Positions 31,826 through 40,460 of a stretch of DNA of 64,000 bases are shown piece by piece. Positions within the stretch are counted from its first letter, which is position 1, and the number at the start of each line of letters is the position of its first letter. The notes below the pieces were generated by a model, which worked only from the letters and a program-made list of their open reading frames with translations, did not search any database and was not told where the DNA came from. The stretch covers positions 138,766-202,765 of the forward strand of contig CAYXYF010000001.1 in assembly GCA_964469265.1 (NCBI GenBank), given 5' to 3'. The DNA comes from an uncultured Bdellovibrionales bacterium. GTDB lineage: Bacteria > Bdellovibrionota > Bdellovibrionia > Bdellovibrionales > JAEYZS01. A program made the translations under genes and the position numbers.

Positions 31826-32134
31826 TTACGTTAAAGAACGGACCTTTATTTTATAGCCGTCCATTTTCTTCTTTAGTGTGTTTCTGTTAATTCCTAACAT
31901 TTTAGCGGTCTTAACTTGGTTTCCGCGGTGAACTTTCAAAGCAAGCTCAATAAGAGGCTTCTCTACTTGTTCTAAGACAACGTCATATAGACCATTTAAT
32001 TCAACGGATGTTTCTTGTTGCTCGTCAAATAAGACTTCTAGTTTTGATCTTACAAGCTTTTCTAAACTTACTGATTTTAAATTTGCAACGAATAGGTGAT
32101 TAGGTTGAAAAGCGTCTGTTGTAGTATTCTCCAT
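31826..32134 (-). CDS. Fis-family DNA-binding protein (HTH_8)
   Basis: 102 aa with C-terminal HTH ...GNQVKTAKMLGINRNTLKKKM.... Confidence 0.75.
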   Translation of the reverse strand: MENTTTDAFQPNHLFVANLKSVSLEKLVRSKLEVLFDEQQETSVELNGLYDVVLEQVEKPLIELALKVHRGNQVKTAKMLGINRNTLKKKMDGYKIKVRSLT

Positions 32135-32196
32135 TTGATCGCGGCTCCTGTTTCAGTTTTAGAGTTAGTGGTTTAACTTTATTTTTGTAGTGAGTG

Positions 32197-32832
32197 TTAT
32201 ACACCTTTTGTCTCTAGAGGCCAGATATATTTATGCATTTGCAACTGCATTCTTACTTGACATCCGTCTTTTAGAATCCACTGAGCAAGCTCGGCTTCAC
32301 TCACAACTCCATGACTCGGACTAAATAAGACAACCCGTCCTTTTGAGAGGTGTGTTTGTACAAAACTTTTTGACCAATGGAAATCTTTTTCTGAACAAAT
32401 TACGAATTTAAATTCATCTTGAGCAGTAGTATGGGAAATATTATCCAAAAGAAATGAATCTGCCGCGCCGCTATCGGGAGTTTTTACGTCGATAATTTTC
32501 TTGACACGTTTGTCGACTAATTCAACTTCAATAGCACCGCTAGTTTCGATTGAAACATGATAATCTAAATCACAAAGTCGCTTCATGAGTTCTAGTGTTT
32601 GCTTTTGCGACAGAGGTTCACCGCCCGTTACGCAAACATATTTTGCGGGATAAGATTGAATTTTTTCGATGATCTGCTCTAGCGAGATTTTTTTACCTTC
32701 ATAATAAGCGTATTGAGTATCGCAGTAGGTGCAGCGTAAAGGACACCCAGAGGTCCGAACAAAAACTGTCGGTACGCCTGCCCAGCTGGACTCACCTTGA
32801 ATACTGAAAAATATCTCGTTAATTTTTATCAT
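32197..32832 (-). CDS. queE: 7-carboxy-7-deazaguanine synthase QueE (radical SAM)
   Basis: 211 aa with IFFSIQGES...GCPLRCTYCDT... and GGEP. Confidence 0.85.
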   Translation of the reverse strand: MIKINEIFFSIQGESSWAGVPTVFVRTSGCPLRCTYCDTQYAYYEGKKISLEQIIEKIQSYPAKYVCVTGGEPLSQKQTLELMKRLCDLDYHVSIETSGAIEVELVDKRVKKIIDVKTPDSGAADSFLLDNISHTTAQDEFKFVICSEKDFHWSKSFVQTHLSKGRVVLFSPSHGVVSEAELAQWILKDGCQVRMQLQMHKYIWPLETKGV

Positions 32833-32909
32833 TGGTTTCTCGATTAAAGTCCTAATGATTTAAAAGCCCCGACTACCAAAGTCAATACAAGTTGGATTAT
32901 GATTAGGAT

Positions 32910-35336
32910 ATGTCGAAAATGATTGAAAAATTTCAAAGAGATATTGTCGTTATTTTGTGGTTAGCGGGAAGTGTATTCTTATCCTTAGCCTTGTTTAGTT
33001 ACAATCCAAATGACCCGTCTTTAAATACCACAGGAACGTCTTCCGTCGTTCAAAACCTATGTGGTTATTTTGGTAGTTTCCTATCAGATATCTTTTACCA
33101 AGTTTTTGGGATTAGCGCGTGGGTCTTCGTTTTGGCGGGAATAAGAAAAGCCTACTTTCATCTGAGCCAAAGAAATTCTACTAGAAAGGTCTCAGGTCAT
33201 ATTTCAGTAGTATTTTTTGCGTTGTTTATCGTAACAGCTTCATCTCTTGTGTCTCTTTATTTTTCTGAAACCAAAATCTTTAATAGCACTATCTACGCAA
33301 GTGGCCTTTTAGGCTTATTTGCTACAAAGGGGCTGATCACAGTATTTAATAAAGCTGGTGTTTCAATTATCCTTTGGAGCACGATTTTAGTTCTTACAAT
33401 TTTATACACTGAAAAATCCTTAAAAGAGTTTAAAGATATTCTGTTGCCAGTTTCTTTAAAGCGCTCACTGATCAACTTGAAAGACTCTATGGTCATGTTT
33501 TTTAAAGGTCTCTTTAAAAGTGTAAAAATCCACAAGCCAAAGCGCCCTACCGTAGAATCAAAAACACTAAATGCCCTTGAAGCTAGAATCATCAAAGCAT
33601 CAGAAAAAGAAAGTGATGATGATGAATTTGAAGACGACGAACTAGAAGAGCTTCATGAGCTTGAAGAAATCGCAGAAGAATTAGGAATTGAAGAAGACGA
33701 TGATGATGAGCCCATGGGCGCAGAGGCAGAGAGAAAGCCTCACTTTATCATTCAGAAGATGAATGAAAGAAAGTCTCACATCACTCAAGCGGAACATAAA
33801 AAAATTAAAAGAATAGAAAAATGGGAATTACCAAAACTCTCCATTCTTGAGTCTGCGCCTGCAAAAGGCTTAAAGGTTGATGAAAGAGCAATTAAAGAAA
33901 ACACTTTCTTACTAGAAGACAAACTTTCCCAGTTTTCAGTCAAAGGCCAAGTGGTTGCGGTCAGGCCTGGCCCAGCGGTGACCATGTATGAGTTTAAGCC
34001 GAATGCAGATGTTAAAATTTCTAAGATCACAGAGTTAGCAGATGATATCTCTCTTGCACTAAGTTCTGAATCGGTGCGGATCATAGCGCCCCTGCCTGGC
34101 CGCGATGTGGTTGGCATTGAGAGCGCTAACCCCAATAGAGCACCAGTTTATCTTAAAGAAATCGTTGAAGATAAAACCTTCTGGGATGAAAAAGTCAGGC
34201 TTCCAATTGCGTTGGGTAAAGAAGCTGGCGGTGATCCTAAGACCGTCGATCTTAGAAAGATGCCACATTTACTCGTTGCTGGAACAACGGGCTCAGGGAA
34301 ATCCGTTTTTATTAATTCCTTATTAACGGGCCTACTCTTTAAACATTCGCCAAAAACATTAAAATTAATCTTAGTGGATCCAAAGCAAGTGGACTTGGCA
34401 GCGTTTCATAATGTGCCCCATTTAATAATGCCTCCAATTAAGGAACCCAAAAAAGCAGTTGTTAGCCTGCGTTGGGCAGTTCGAGAAATGGAAAAGCGTT
34501 ATCGTTCGATGTCGAGATTTAAAACCCGAAGCATTGAAGAATTTAATAAAGCTGTATCCGATCTCTCAAAACAACAGGCTTCAGGACATCAAGCTTACAA
34601 CGACGAGCTTGAAGCGCAGAACAGATCAAATGTTGAGGGTTATTACCATAATGAAATACCTTATATTGTTATCATCGTGGAAGAGTTCGGCGATCTTATG
34701 GCCGTGGATAAATCCAATACGGAGCAACTCATTGTTCGGTTGGCGCAAATGGCACGTGCATGCGGAATGCATTTAGTGTTGGCTATGCAGTCCCCTCGTC
34801 GCGATGTCGTAACGGGATTAATTAAAACCAATATTCCTGGGCGCATCAGCTTTAAAGTTGCTAGTAAAACAGATTCTCGAATCATCCTTGACGAAGCTGG
34901 AGCAGAAAGACTACTTGCCCAAGGAGATATGTTGTTCTTGGCTCCAGGTGTTTCTAAGCCGCAAAGACACCATGGAGCGTGGGTCTCAGAACCCGAGATT
35001 CATGCTCTGACCTCGTTTTGGTCTAAACAGTCTGAACCTGATTTTGATCCAGCGGCAATGAAAGTATTGAGCGGCTCTGGCGGCGGATTTGAATTCTCCG
35101 ATGGCTCTTCTGGAACATCCTTTGATGGTGAACCCGAAGAGGGCTCAGATGAAAGATACGATGAGCTTCTGGCTTATGTGTCGGGGCTTAAGGAAGTGAG
35201 CGCTTCTTTGTTGCAAAGAAAGTTCCGTCTGGGTTATCCAAGGGCAGCAAGGATCATTGAGATCTTTGAAAAAGAAGGGGTTGTTGGTCCCTCAAATGGT
35301 AGCAAGCCGCGCCAAGTACTAATCAATAAATTGTAA
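32910..35336 (+). CDS. ftsK: DNA translocase FtsK
   Basis: 808 aa with N-terminal TM helices, an acidic linker, Walker A GTTGSGKSV, and a C-terminal winged-helix gamma domain ...LLQRKFRLGYPRAARII.... Confidence 0.95.
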   Translation: MSKMIEKFQRDIVVILWLAGSVFLSLALFSYNPNDPSLNTTGTSSVVQNLCGYFGSFLSDIFYQVFGISAWVFVLAGIRKAYFHLSQRNSTRKVSGHISVVFFALFIVTASSLVSLYFSETKIFNSTIYASGLLGLFATKGLITVFNKAGVSIILWSTILVLTILYTEKSLKEFKDILLPVSLKRSLINLKDSMVMFFKGLFKSVKIHKPKRPTVESKTLNALEARIIKASEKESDDDEFEDDELEELHELEEIAEELGIEEDDDDEPMGAEAERKPHFIIQKMNERKSHITQAEHKKIKRIEKWELPKLSILESAPAKGLKVDERAIKENTFLLEDKLSQFSVKGQVVAVRPGPAVTMYEFKPNADVKISKITELADDISLALSSESVRIIAPLPGRDVVGIESANPNRAPVYLKEIVEDKTFWDEKVRLPIALGKEAGGDPKTVDLRKMPHLLVAGTTGSGKSVFINSLLTGLLFKHSPKTLKLILVDPKQVDLAAFHNVPHLIMPPIKEPKKAVVSLRWAVREMEKRYRSMSRFKTRSIEEFNKAVSDLSKQQASGHQAYNDELEAQNRSNVEGYYHNEIPYIVIIVEEFGDLMAVDKSNTEQLIVRLAQMARACGMHLVLAMQSPRRDVVTGLIKTNIPGRISFKVASKTDSRIILDEAGAERLLAQGDMLFLAPGVSKPQRHHGAWVSEPEIHALTSFWSKQSEPDFDPAAMKVLSGSGGGFEFSDGSSGTSFDGEPEEGSDERYDELLAYVSGLKEVSASLLQRKFRLGYPRAARIIEIFEKEGVVGPSNGSKPRQVLINKL

Positions 35337-35393
35337 TTGCAGATGAGGCCTTTGTGCCTTGTCAGGCATGGTCGCTCATAGTACAAATAAGCA

Positions 35394-36269
35394 ATGAAAT
35401 TAGCGGTATATTTTCTCTCACTGTTTATTGCGAGCGCAGCCCTTGCTCAAGCAAAGGTCGAAAGTTCAAAACAAAAAGAAAACTACAAAGACATCATCAA
35501 AAAAGCTCAAAATCTCACCGTGCAGAAAGACCGTTTGCAAGGCGCCAAAGTCATTGTTCGAGTTTTAGAACATGATAACCTCAGTAAAAAAAATCGCGAG
35601 GAATTAAAAAAGGCGCTCCAAGAAATCTCTTCTCTTTTCTATACGGAAAAGACTCAAAAAACTTTCGAATATGCAAAATCCCTTCTCAGAGATTCGCCAC
35701 AAGAATCTTTGGATAAATTTAAACAAGCCTTAGCAGAAGAACCAAGCAATGTGACTATTTTGTTGTGGGCAGCTAGAAACGCCCTTTATCGAGGGAAGTG
35801 TGATGAGGCCGAAGCTTACACATCAAATGCTTTGGCGGTGAATCCCTTCCATTCTTATTTGCAATTAGCAAGACTTCAGGCGCTGGCTTGTGTACAAAAA
35901 TTTTCAGAGTTTGACAAAGCTCTTGAGGAATATAAAACCATAGAGGCCGAACATCCTTTATTTTTCTCATTAGTAATGGCGCAGAATCTTTTTCATGAAA
36001 AAAAATATTCTCGGGCATCTTCATACATCGAAAAAGCAAAAGAAATTGATAGGGATTATCCAGAGATTTATTACTGGGAAGTCCAAATCGGAGACAAACT
36101 GGGGGAATCGGTTCGTAATGCGGTCCTCAGATTCGTAAGGGGCTGCCGAATACTGAGCGTTGCTGATTATTTTAAGTATGAGGCCGAGCCAAGACTTTGC
36201 CAGCAGTATAAGTCCTATGAAAATGAGTATAAAAATATTATTGAACGCGGAAAAAAGGAATTCGATTAA
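35394..36269 (+). CDS. TPR repeat protein, secreted
   Basis: 291 aa with signal peptide ...ASAALAQA and TPR-like helical repeats. Confidence 0.6.
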   Translation: MKLAVYFLSLFIASAALAQAKVESSKQKENYKDIIKKAQNLTVQKDRLQGAKVIVRVLEHDNLSKKNREELKKALQEISSLFYTEKTQKTFEYAKSLLRDSPQESLDKFKQALAEEPSNVTILLWAARNALYRGKCDEAEAYTSNALAVNPFHSYLQLARLQALACVQKFSEFDKALEEYKTIEAEHPLFFSLVMAQNLFHEKKYSRASSYIEKAKEIDRDYPEIYYWEVQIGDKLGESVRNAVLRFVRGCRILSVADYFKYEAEPRLCQQYKSYENEYKNIIERGKKEFD

Positions 36270-36487
36270 TGAAAAACATTTTAAAGGTTATGCTATTGGT
36301 TCTACCCCTTTTACTTTTAGAAGTAGCGTGCGGAGTTAAGGGTGATCCAATTCCACCTAAGATCCCGTCGGAATTGGGCCGAGGCCAGCCAACTTATAAA
36401 GGTGCAACAGAAGAGTTGGCCTTTCCAACCGTGCCGCCAGTAGTTGTTCCGACAGCAGAGGATGCAAAGAAAAAGAATAAAAAATGA
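36269..36487 (+). CDS. small lipoprotein, LptM (YifL)-like
   Basis: 72 aa. The lipobox plus motif ...VACGVKGDPIPP resembles E. coli YifL ...TGCGLKGPLYFPP (recalled from memory). Lies immediately upstream of dapF, as in E. coli. Confidence 0.55.
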   Translation: MKNILKVMLLVLPLLLLEVACGVKGDPIPPKIPSELGRGQPTYKGATEELAFPTVPPVVVPTAEDAKKKNKK

Positions 36488-37299
36488 GTGATTTAGAGTT
36501 TGTAAAGCTGTCAGGCGCAGGCAACGATTTTATAGTTATAGATTTAAGGCATTCTAGAAGAAAGCTTCCGAAAGCCTATCGCAAGAAGCTTGTAAAAAAA
36601 GTTTGCCATCGCAACTTCGGTGTCGGCGCTGATGGGCTGATATTTTTAGAAAAGCCCCGATCAAAGAAAAATAATTTTAAATGGGATTTCTACAATAAAG
36701 ACGGATCAGATGCGGAAATGTGTTTAAACGCATCACGCTGTGTGATTCGTTATGAATTTGATGTTGTTAAATATAATAAGAAACAAGCTTATTTTGAGTC
36801 TGATGTGGGAGTTGTCTCGGGGAGTAAGGTCGGTAAAAATATTCAGGTCGAACTACCGATTAAAAAACAAAAGGTAGCGCCCCTTGAGGTTTCTACAAAA
36901 GATAAAAAATCAGTTAAGGGCTACTTCGTGAATTCAGGCGTACCCCATTTTGTTGTTTTTCAGAATAAACTTGAGAGTGTTTACTCTATAAAAGAGCTCT
37001 CATCAGAGCTTCGGTTTCATAAAAAATTTAAAAAGCCAGGGAGCAATATTACTTACTGCGAAAAAAAGGGATCAAATATTCGAGCGGTGACGTTTGAAAG
37101 AGGTGTAGAGGATTATACTCTGGCTTGTGGCACGGGAGCAGTCGCGGTGGGCATGGTGTTTGATTCAGAATTCTCTAAAAACCCTGTTACAATCCAAATG
37201 CCTGGTGGAAAGATTAAAGTTACGATGAAAGAAAGTTTTGCAAAAATTGAAGGACCATCTGAAATCATTTGCAAGGGAGTTTTATGTTTGAAGGTGTAA
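36484..37299 (+). CDS. dapF: diaminopimelate epimerase
   Basis: 271 aa with FVKLSGAGNDFIVID. Catalytic Cys contexts are EMCLNASRC and LACGTGA. Confidence 0.9.
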   Translation: MSDLEFVKLSGAGNDFIVIDLRHSRRKLPKAYRKKLVKKVCHRNFGVGADGLIFLEKPRSKKNNFKWDFYNKDGSDAEMCLNASRCVIRYEFDVVKYNKKQAYFESDVGVVSGSKVGKNIQVELPIKKQKVAPLEVSTKDKKSVKGYFVNSGVPHFVVFQNKLESVYSIKELSSELRFHKKFKKPGSNITYCEKKGSNIRAVTFERGVEDYTLACGTGAVAVGMVFDSEFSKNPVTIQMPGGKIKVTMKESFAKIEGPSEIICKGVLCLKV

Positions 37300-38153
37300 T
37301 AACAGCGTTAATAACGCCATTTAAAAACGGCCAAGTGGACTATGATTCTCTTAAAAAACTTGTGCACTCTCAGTTGGAAGGCGGCGTGGATGGCTTCGTA
37401 GTCCACGGCACAACCGCTGAGAGCCCAACAACAACGGCATCCGAGAAAGAAGATATTTTTAAGTTTATTAAATCAGAAGTATCACGACAGGTTCCTCTTA
37501 TTGTGGGAACGGGTTCAAACTCAACTGAAGAGAGCGTTGGTAACTCAAAAGTTGCTGAGCGATGGGGAGCAGATGGAATTCTCGTTGTTGTGCCTTATTA
37601 TAATAAGCCCCCTCAGCGAGGGCTTTTTGAACATTTCAATAAGGTCGCTAACGCCGTTGAGATACCAACTGTGTTATACAATGTTCCTGGACGAACTATC
37701 ACTTCTTTAGAAAAAGAGACTATTATTGCGCTCAGTGAAAATAAAAAAATTGTCGCCATTAAAGAAGCGAGTGGAAATGTGGAATTCGGAGAGTCATTGG
37801 TAAAGAGCTGCAGAAGCGACTTTCATATTCTAAGTGGCGATGACAAAACATCCATGGCGCTTGCAGCTCGAGGCGGCAAGGGGGTCGTTGCGGTGGCCTC
37901 TCACATTATACCAAGACACATGAAAGACACATATTCAAAGATTAAAAGCGGAGATACTGGAGCCCTAAAAAAATATGAGGAGCTTTATCCGCTAATTGAT
38001 AGTCTCTATGTTGAATCTAATCCAATTCCGATAAAATATGCTCTAGAAAAACTCGGAATTATTAGCAGTTGTGAAATGCGCTTACCACTTTCCGCGTTGG
38101 GGAATGATTTAAAACCAATCGTTGATGAAGAAATTAAAAAGGCAGGATTATGA
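37284..38153 (+). CDS. dapA: 4-hydroxy-tetrahydrodipicolinate synthase
   Basis: ATG at 37284 (AGGGAG upstream) gives MFEGVITALITPF...GTTAESPT...YNVPGRT...IKEASG. Confidence 0.92.
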   Translation: MFEGVITALITPFKNGQVDYDSLKKLVHSQLEGGVDGFVVHGTTAESPTTTASEKEDIFKFIKSEVSRQVPLIVGTGSNSTEESVGNSKVAERWGADGILVVVPYYNKPPQRGLFEHFNKVANAVEIPTVLYNVPGRTITSLEKETIIALSENKKIVAIKEASGNVEFGESLVKSCRSDFHILSGDDKTSMALAARGGKGVVAVASHIIPRHMKDTYSKIKSGDTGALKKYEELYPLIDSLYVESNPIPIKYALEKLGIISSCEMRLPLSALGNDLKPIVDEEIKKAGL

Positions 38154-38785
38154 AAAAAGTATTTTTATTCGGCTCCACAGGAAAAATGGGAAAAGAAATA
38201 TCTGCTCTTATTGAAGAAGACTCAGAGCTTGTTACTACCAATAAAATTGAAGAATCTGATGTCGTTATTGATTTTACAAACCAAGAAGCATTTTCTAAAA
38301 ACCTGCAAGAAGCACTGAAACAAAAAAAGCCTTTTGTTAGTGGAACTACAGGGTTAGATGATAAACAATTCTCAGAACTTCAAAAGGCGTCTTCTGCAAT
38401 CCCCGTTTTATGGGCGTCAAACATGAGTGTAGGAATCTCCGTTTTAAATCAGATGCTCGAACAATTAAGAAGCATTAGCGATTATGATTTTTATATTGAA
38501 GAGACCCATCACGTTCATAAAAAAGATTCGCCAAGCGGTACGGCTTTAACAATTAAGAAGGGTTTAGAGGCCTCAATAGGAAAACCTGTTAACGATACTC
38601 TTGCGCTTCGAGGCGGTGGAGTTTTCGGGCAACACAAGGTTATCGCATTGGGGCCAGAAGAAACATTGACCATACAACATGATGCCTTAAATAGAACGGT
38701 TTTCGCGCGTGGAGCAGTTAAGAGTGCAAAGTGGATCATGGGTAAAAAGCAAGGTCAGTATACGATCTCGGATGTCCTTAAATGA
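38150..38785 (+). CDS. dapB: 4-hydroxy-tetrahydrodipicolinate reductase (compact form)
   Basis: 211 aa with GSTGKMG, ...ETHHVHKKDSPSGTAL.... Confidence 0.85.
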   Translation: MKKVFLFGSTGKMGKEISALIEEDSELVTTNKIEESDVVIDFTNQEAFSKNLQEALKQKKPFVSGTTGLDDKQFSELQKASSAIPVLWASNMSVGISVLNQMLEQLRSISDYDFYIEETHHVHKKDSPSGTALTIKKGLEASIGKPVNDTLALRGGGVFGQHKVIALGPEETLTIQHDALNRTVFARGAVKSAKWIMGKKQGQYTISDVLK

Positions 38786-39276
38786 AATTGTCCCTTCATC
38801 GCGCACTCGTTGGTGTGCAAACAGATTTAGACCCGCAACTAACCCTTCATCGACGGGTAGCAAAGGCACTCTATCGTGCGGTTGATATTCACGGTGTCTC
38901 GGGGGTGTATCATTTCCGTGATAGAAGTGATGAAGGTCTATCGGTAGTTTATTCAATTCGAACGCAATCTGAGGCCCAGGGGCTTAAAAACAAAATCGAT
39001 GAAATTCAAAAGGGCATTAAAAGCACTCGTTATAAAATAGAGTTTTTAGCATTCGATGATCTTATAGTGCGCAAACCAGATTTCGTTGTACCGTCAACAA
39101 ACCTTCATATGGTTAAAAGATGGTGTATGCCTGCAGCTGATCTTTGGGGAGATTATATCCATCCTATTGAAGGTAAAGATTTAAAATCTTTGTCAGAAAC
39201 AACTGGCTCACTAGAGAAGATAGAGTTCTATGCGCAAAGTAAATCGCTTCTTGATTTTTTATCTAGGCAGGCATAG
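38782..39276 (+). CDS. hypothetical protein with faint HPPK (FolK)-like pattern
   Basis: 164 aa, coupled to dapB by an ATGA overlap. ...TRYKIEFLAFDDLIV...FVVPSTNLHMVKRWCMPAADLW... loosely parallels HPPK ...RWGPRTLDLDIL...L.LPHP.M..R.FVL.PL.E..., with key residues substituted. Confidence 0.3.
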   Translation: MKLSLHRALVGVQTDLDPQLTLHRRVAKALYRAVDIHGVSGVYHFRDRSDEGLSVVYSIRTQSEAQGLKNKIDEIQKGIKSTRYKIEFLAFDDLIVRKPDFVVPSTNLHMVKRWCMPAADLWGDYIHPIEGKDLKSLSETTGSLEKIEFYAQSKSLLDFLSRQA

Positions 39277-39306
39277 CCTTCAAAAAGAAAACATATTGGA
39301 GTACGT

Positions 39307-39957
39307 ATGAAGTTTTTTATCGACTCAGCAGATATAAACGAAATCAAAGAAGCCCATCGTCTCGGATTAGTTGATGGAGTTACGACAAACCCAAGTCTTG
39401 TGGCTAAAGCAGGAAGACCACTTCCAGAAATCATTAAAGAAATCTGCAATGTTGTAAAAGGCCCAGTTTCAGCAGAGGTTATTAGTCTCGAATCTGAAGG
39501 CATGTATAAAGAGGGAATGGAGCTTGCAAAGATCCACGACAATGTAGTGATCAAAGTTCCTATGACTGAAGACGGCCTCATCGCAGTTCAGAGATTTTCG
39601 GCCGAAAAGATTAAAACAAATGTGACCTTAGTTTTTACTCCCCTTCAGGCTCTGTTAGTTGCAAAGGCTGGCGGAACAATGGTTTCTCCATTTATTGGCC
39701 GACTTGACGATATTGGGGCTGAGGGAATTGAGTCTGTTCGCCAGATGGTCCAGATCTTTAAAAACTACAATTTTAAAACCGAAATATTAGCAGCAAGCAT
39801 TCGAAATCCTATTCATCTTCTGGACGCAGCTTTGGCTGGAGCGCACATTGCGACTATACCATTTAAAGTTATTAAGCAGCTTGCACACCACCCTTTAACA
39901 GACAAAGGTATTCAGATATTTTTAGATGATTGGAAAAAAGCGAACCCACAAAATTAG
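39307..39957 (+). CDS. tal: transaldolase (short type 3B) / fructose-6-phosphate aldolase family
   Basis: 216 aa starting [16 protein letters not shown]...GVTTNPSL, with the Schiff-base Lys context VVIKVPMT. Confidence 0.9.
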   Translation: MKFFIDSADINEIKEAHRLGLVDGVTTNPSLVAKAGRPLPEIIKEICNVVKGPVSAEVISLESEGMYKEGMELAKIHDNVVIKVPMTEDGLIAVQRFSAEKIKTNVTLVFTPLQALLVAKAGGTMVSPFIGRLDDIGAEGIESVRQMVQIFKNYNFKTEILAASIRNPIHLLDAALAGAHIATIPFKVIKQLAHHPLTDKGIQIFLDDWKKANPQN

Positions 39958-40399
39958 AACTGGACTTTTGAATAGCCTCATTTTGACCATGCTTATGGTC
40001 CTGTTGGGCTGCGCCTCTGGAGCCTATTCCACCCATGACTATGAATACCCTATTTTGGATATTCAAAATGTAATCGCACAAAAGCTTCCAGAAGGAGTTG
40101 GCGCCATGAACTCCAATCGAAGGGTGCTTTATTCCAATAGATTTTTTGTTAAACAATCCAGTCGAGAAGTTCCACTTATAATGAGAATAGTCATTCGCGG
40201 TGACCGCAGACCATATGGTCTAGATGTTTCCGTAAGAACAGTGTCTGCAAGAAATCCAGATCTCATCGAAGCTTTTGACAATGGAAGTGATTTCCGTGGC
40301 CAAGATTCCCTGGCCAAAAGAGTAGTCACGGAGATTGAAACTGAGCTTGCCCAACGTCGCAAAAACAAAAACATAATTGACGATTTTAGAGCATTCTAA
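39926..40399 (+). CDS. hypothetical lipoprotein
   Basis: 157 aa with lipobox VLLGC. I recognise no family. Confidence 0.5.
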   Translation: MIGKKRTHKIRTGLLNSLILTMLMVLLGCASGAYSTHDYEYPILDIQNVIAQKLPEGVGAMNSNRRVLYSNRFFVKQSSREVPLIMRIVIRGDRRPYGLDVSVRTVSARNPDLIEAFDNGSDFRGQDSLAKRVVTEIETELAQRRKNKNIIDDFRAF

Positions 40400-40460
40400 C
40401 AGACTGGTATATGTGGTGCCTACTCTAGGATAATGAGTAGTCATAAAACGAGAACCATGG

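Noticed and set aside
32833-32909. A possible preQ1 riboswitch upstream of queE.
   Set aside because: The 77-nt upstream region shows only promoter-like elements (TTGACT ... TAAATC on the minus strand). I saw none of the conserved preQ1-I/II loop sequences or a pseudoknot-capable hairpin.
35354-35575. A 73-aa plus-strand ORF overlapping the start of the TPR protein gene.
   Set aside because: It lies in an alternate frame of a better-supported ORF that has a signal peptide, and its basic, low-complexity sequence is typical of an out-of-frame read.
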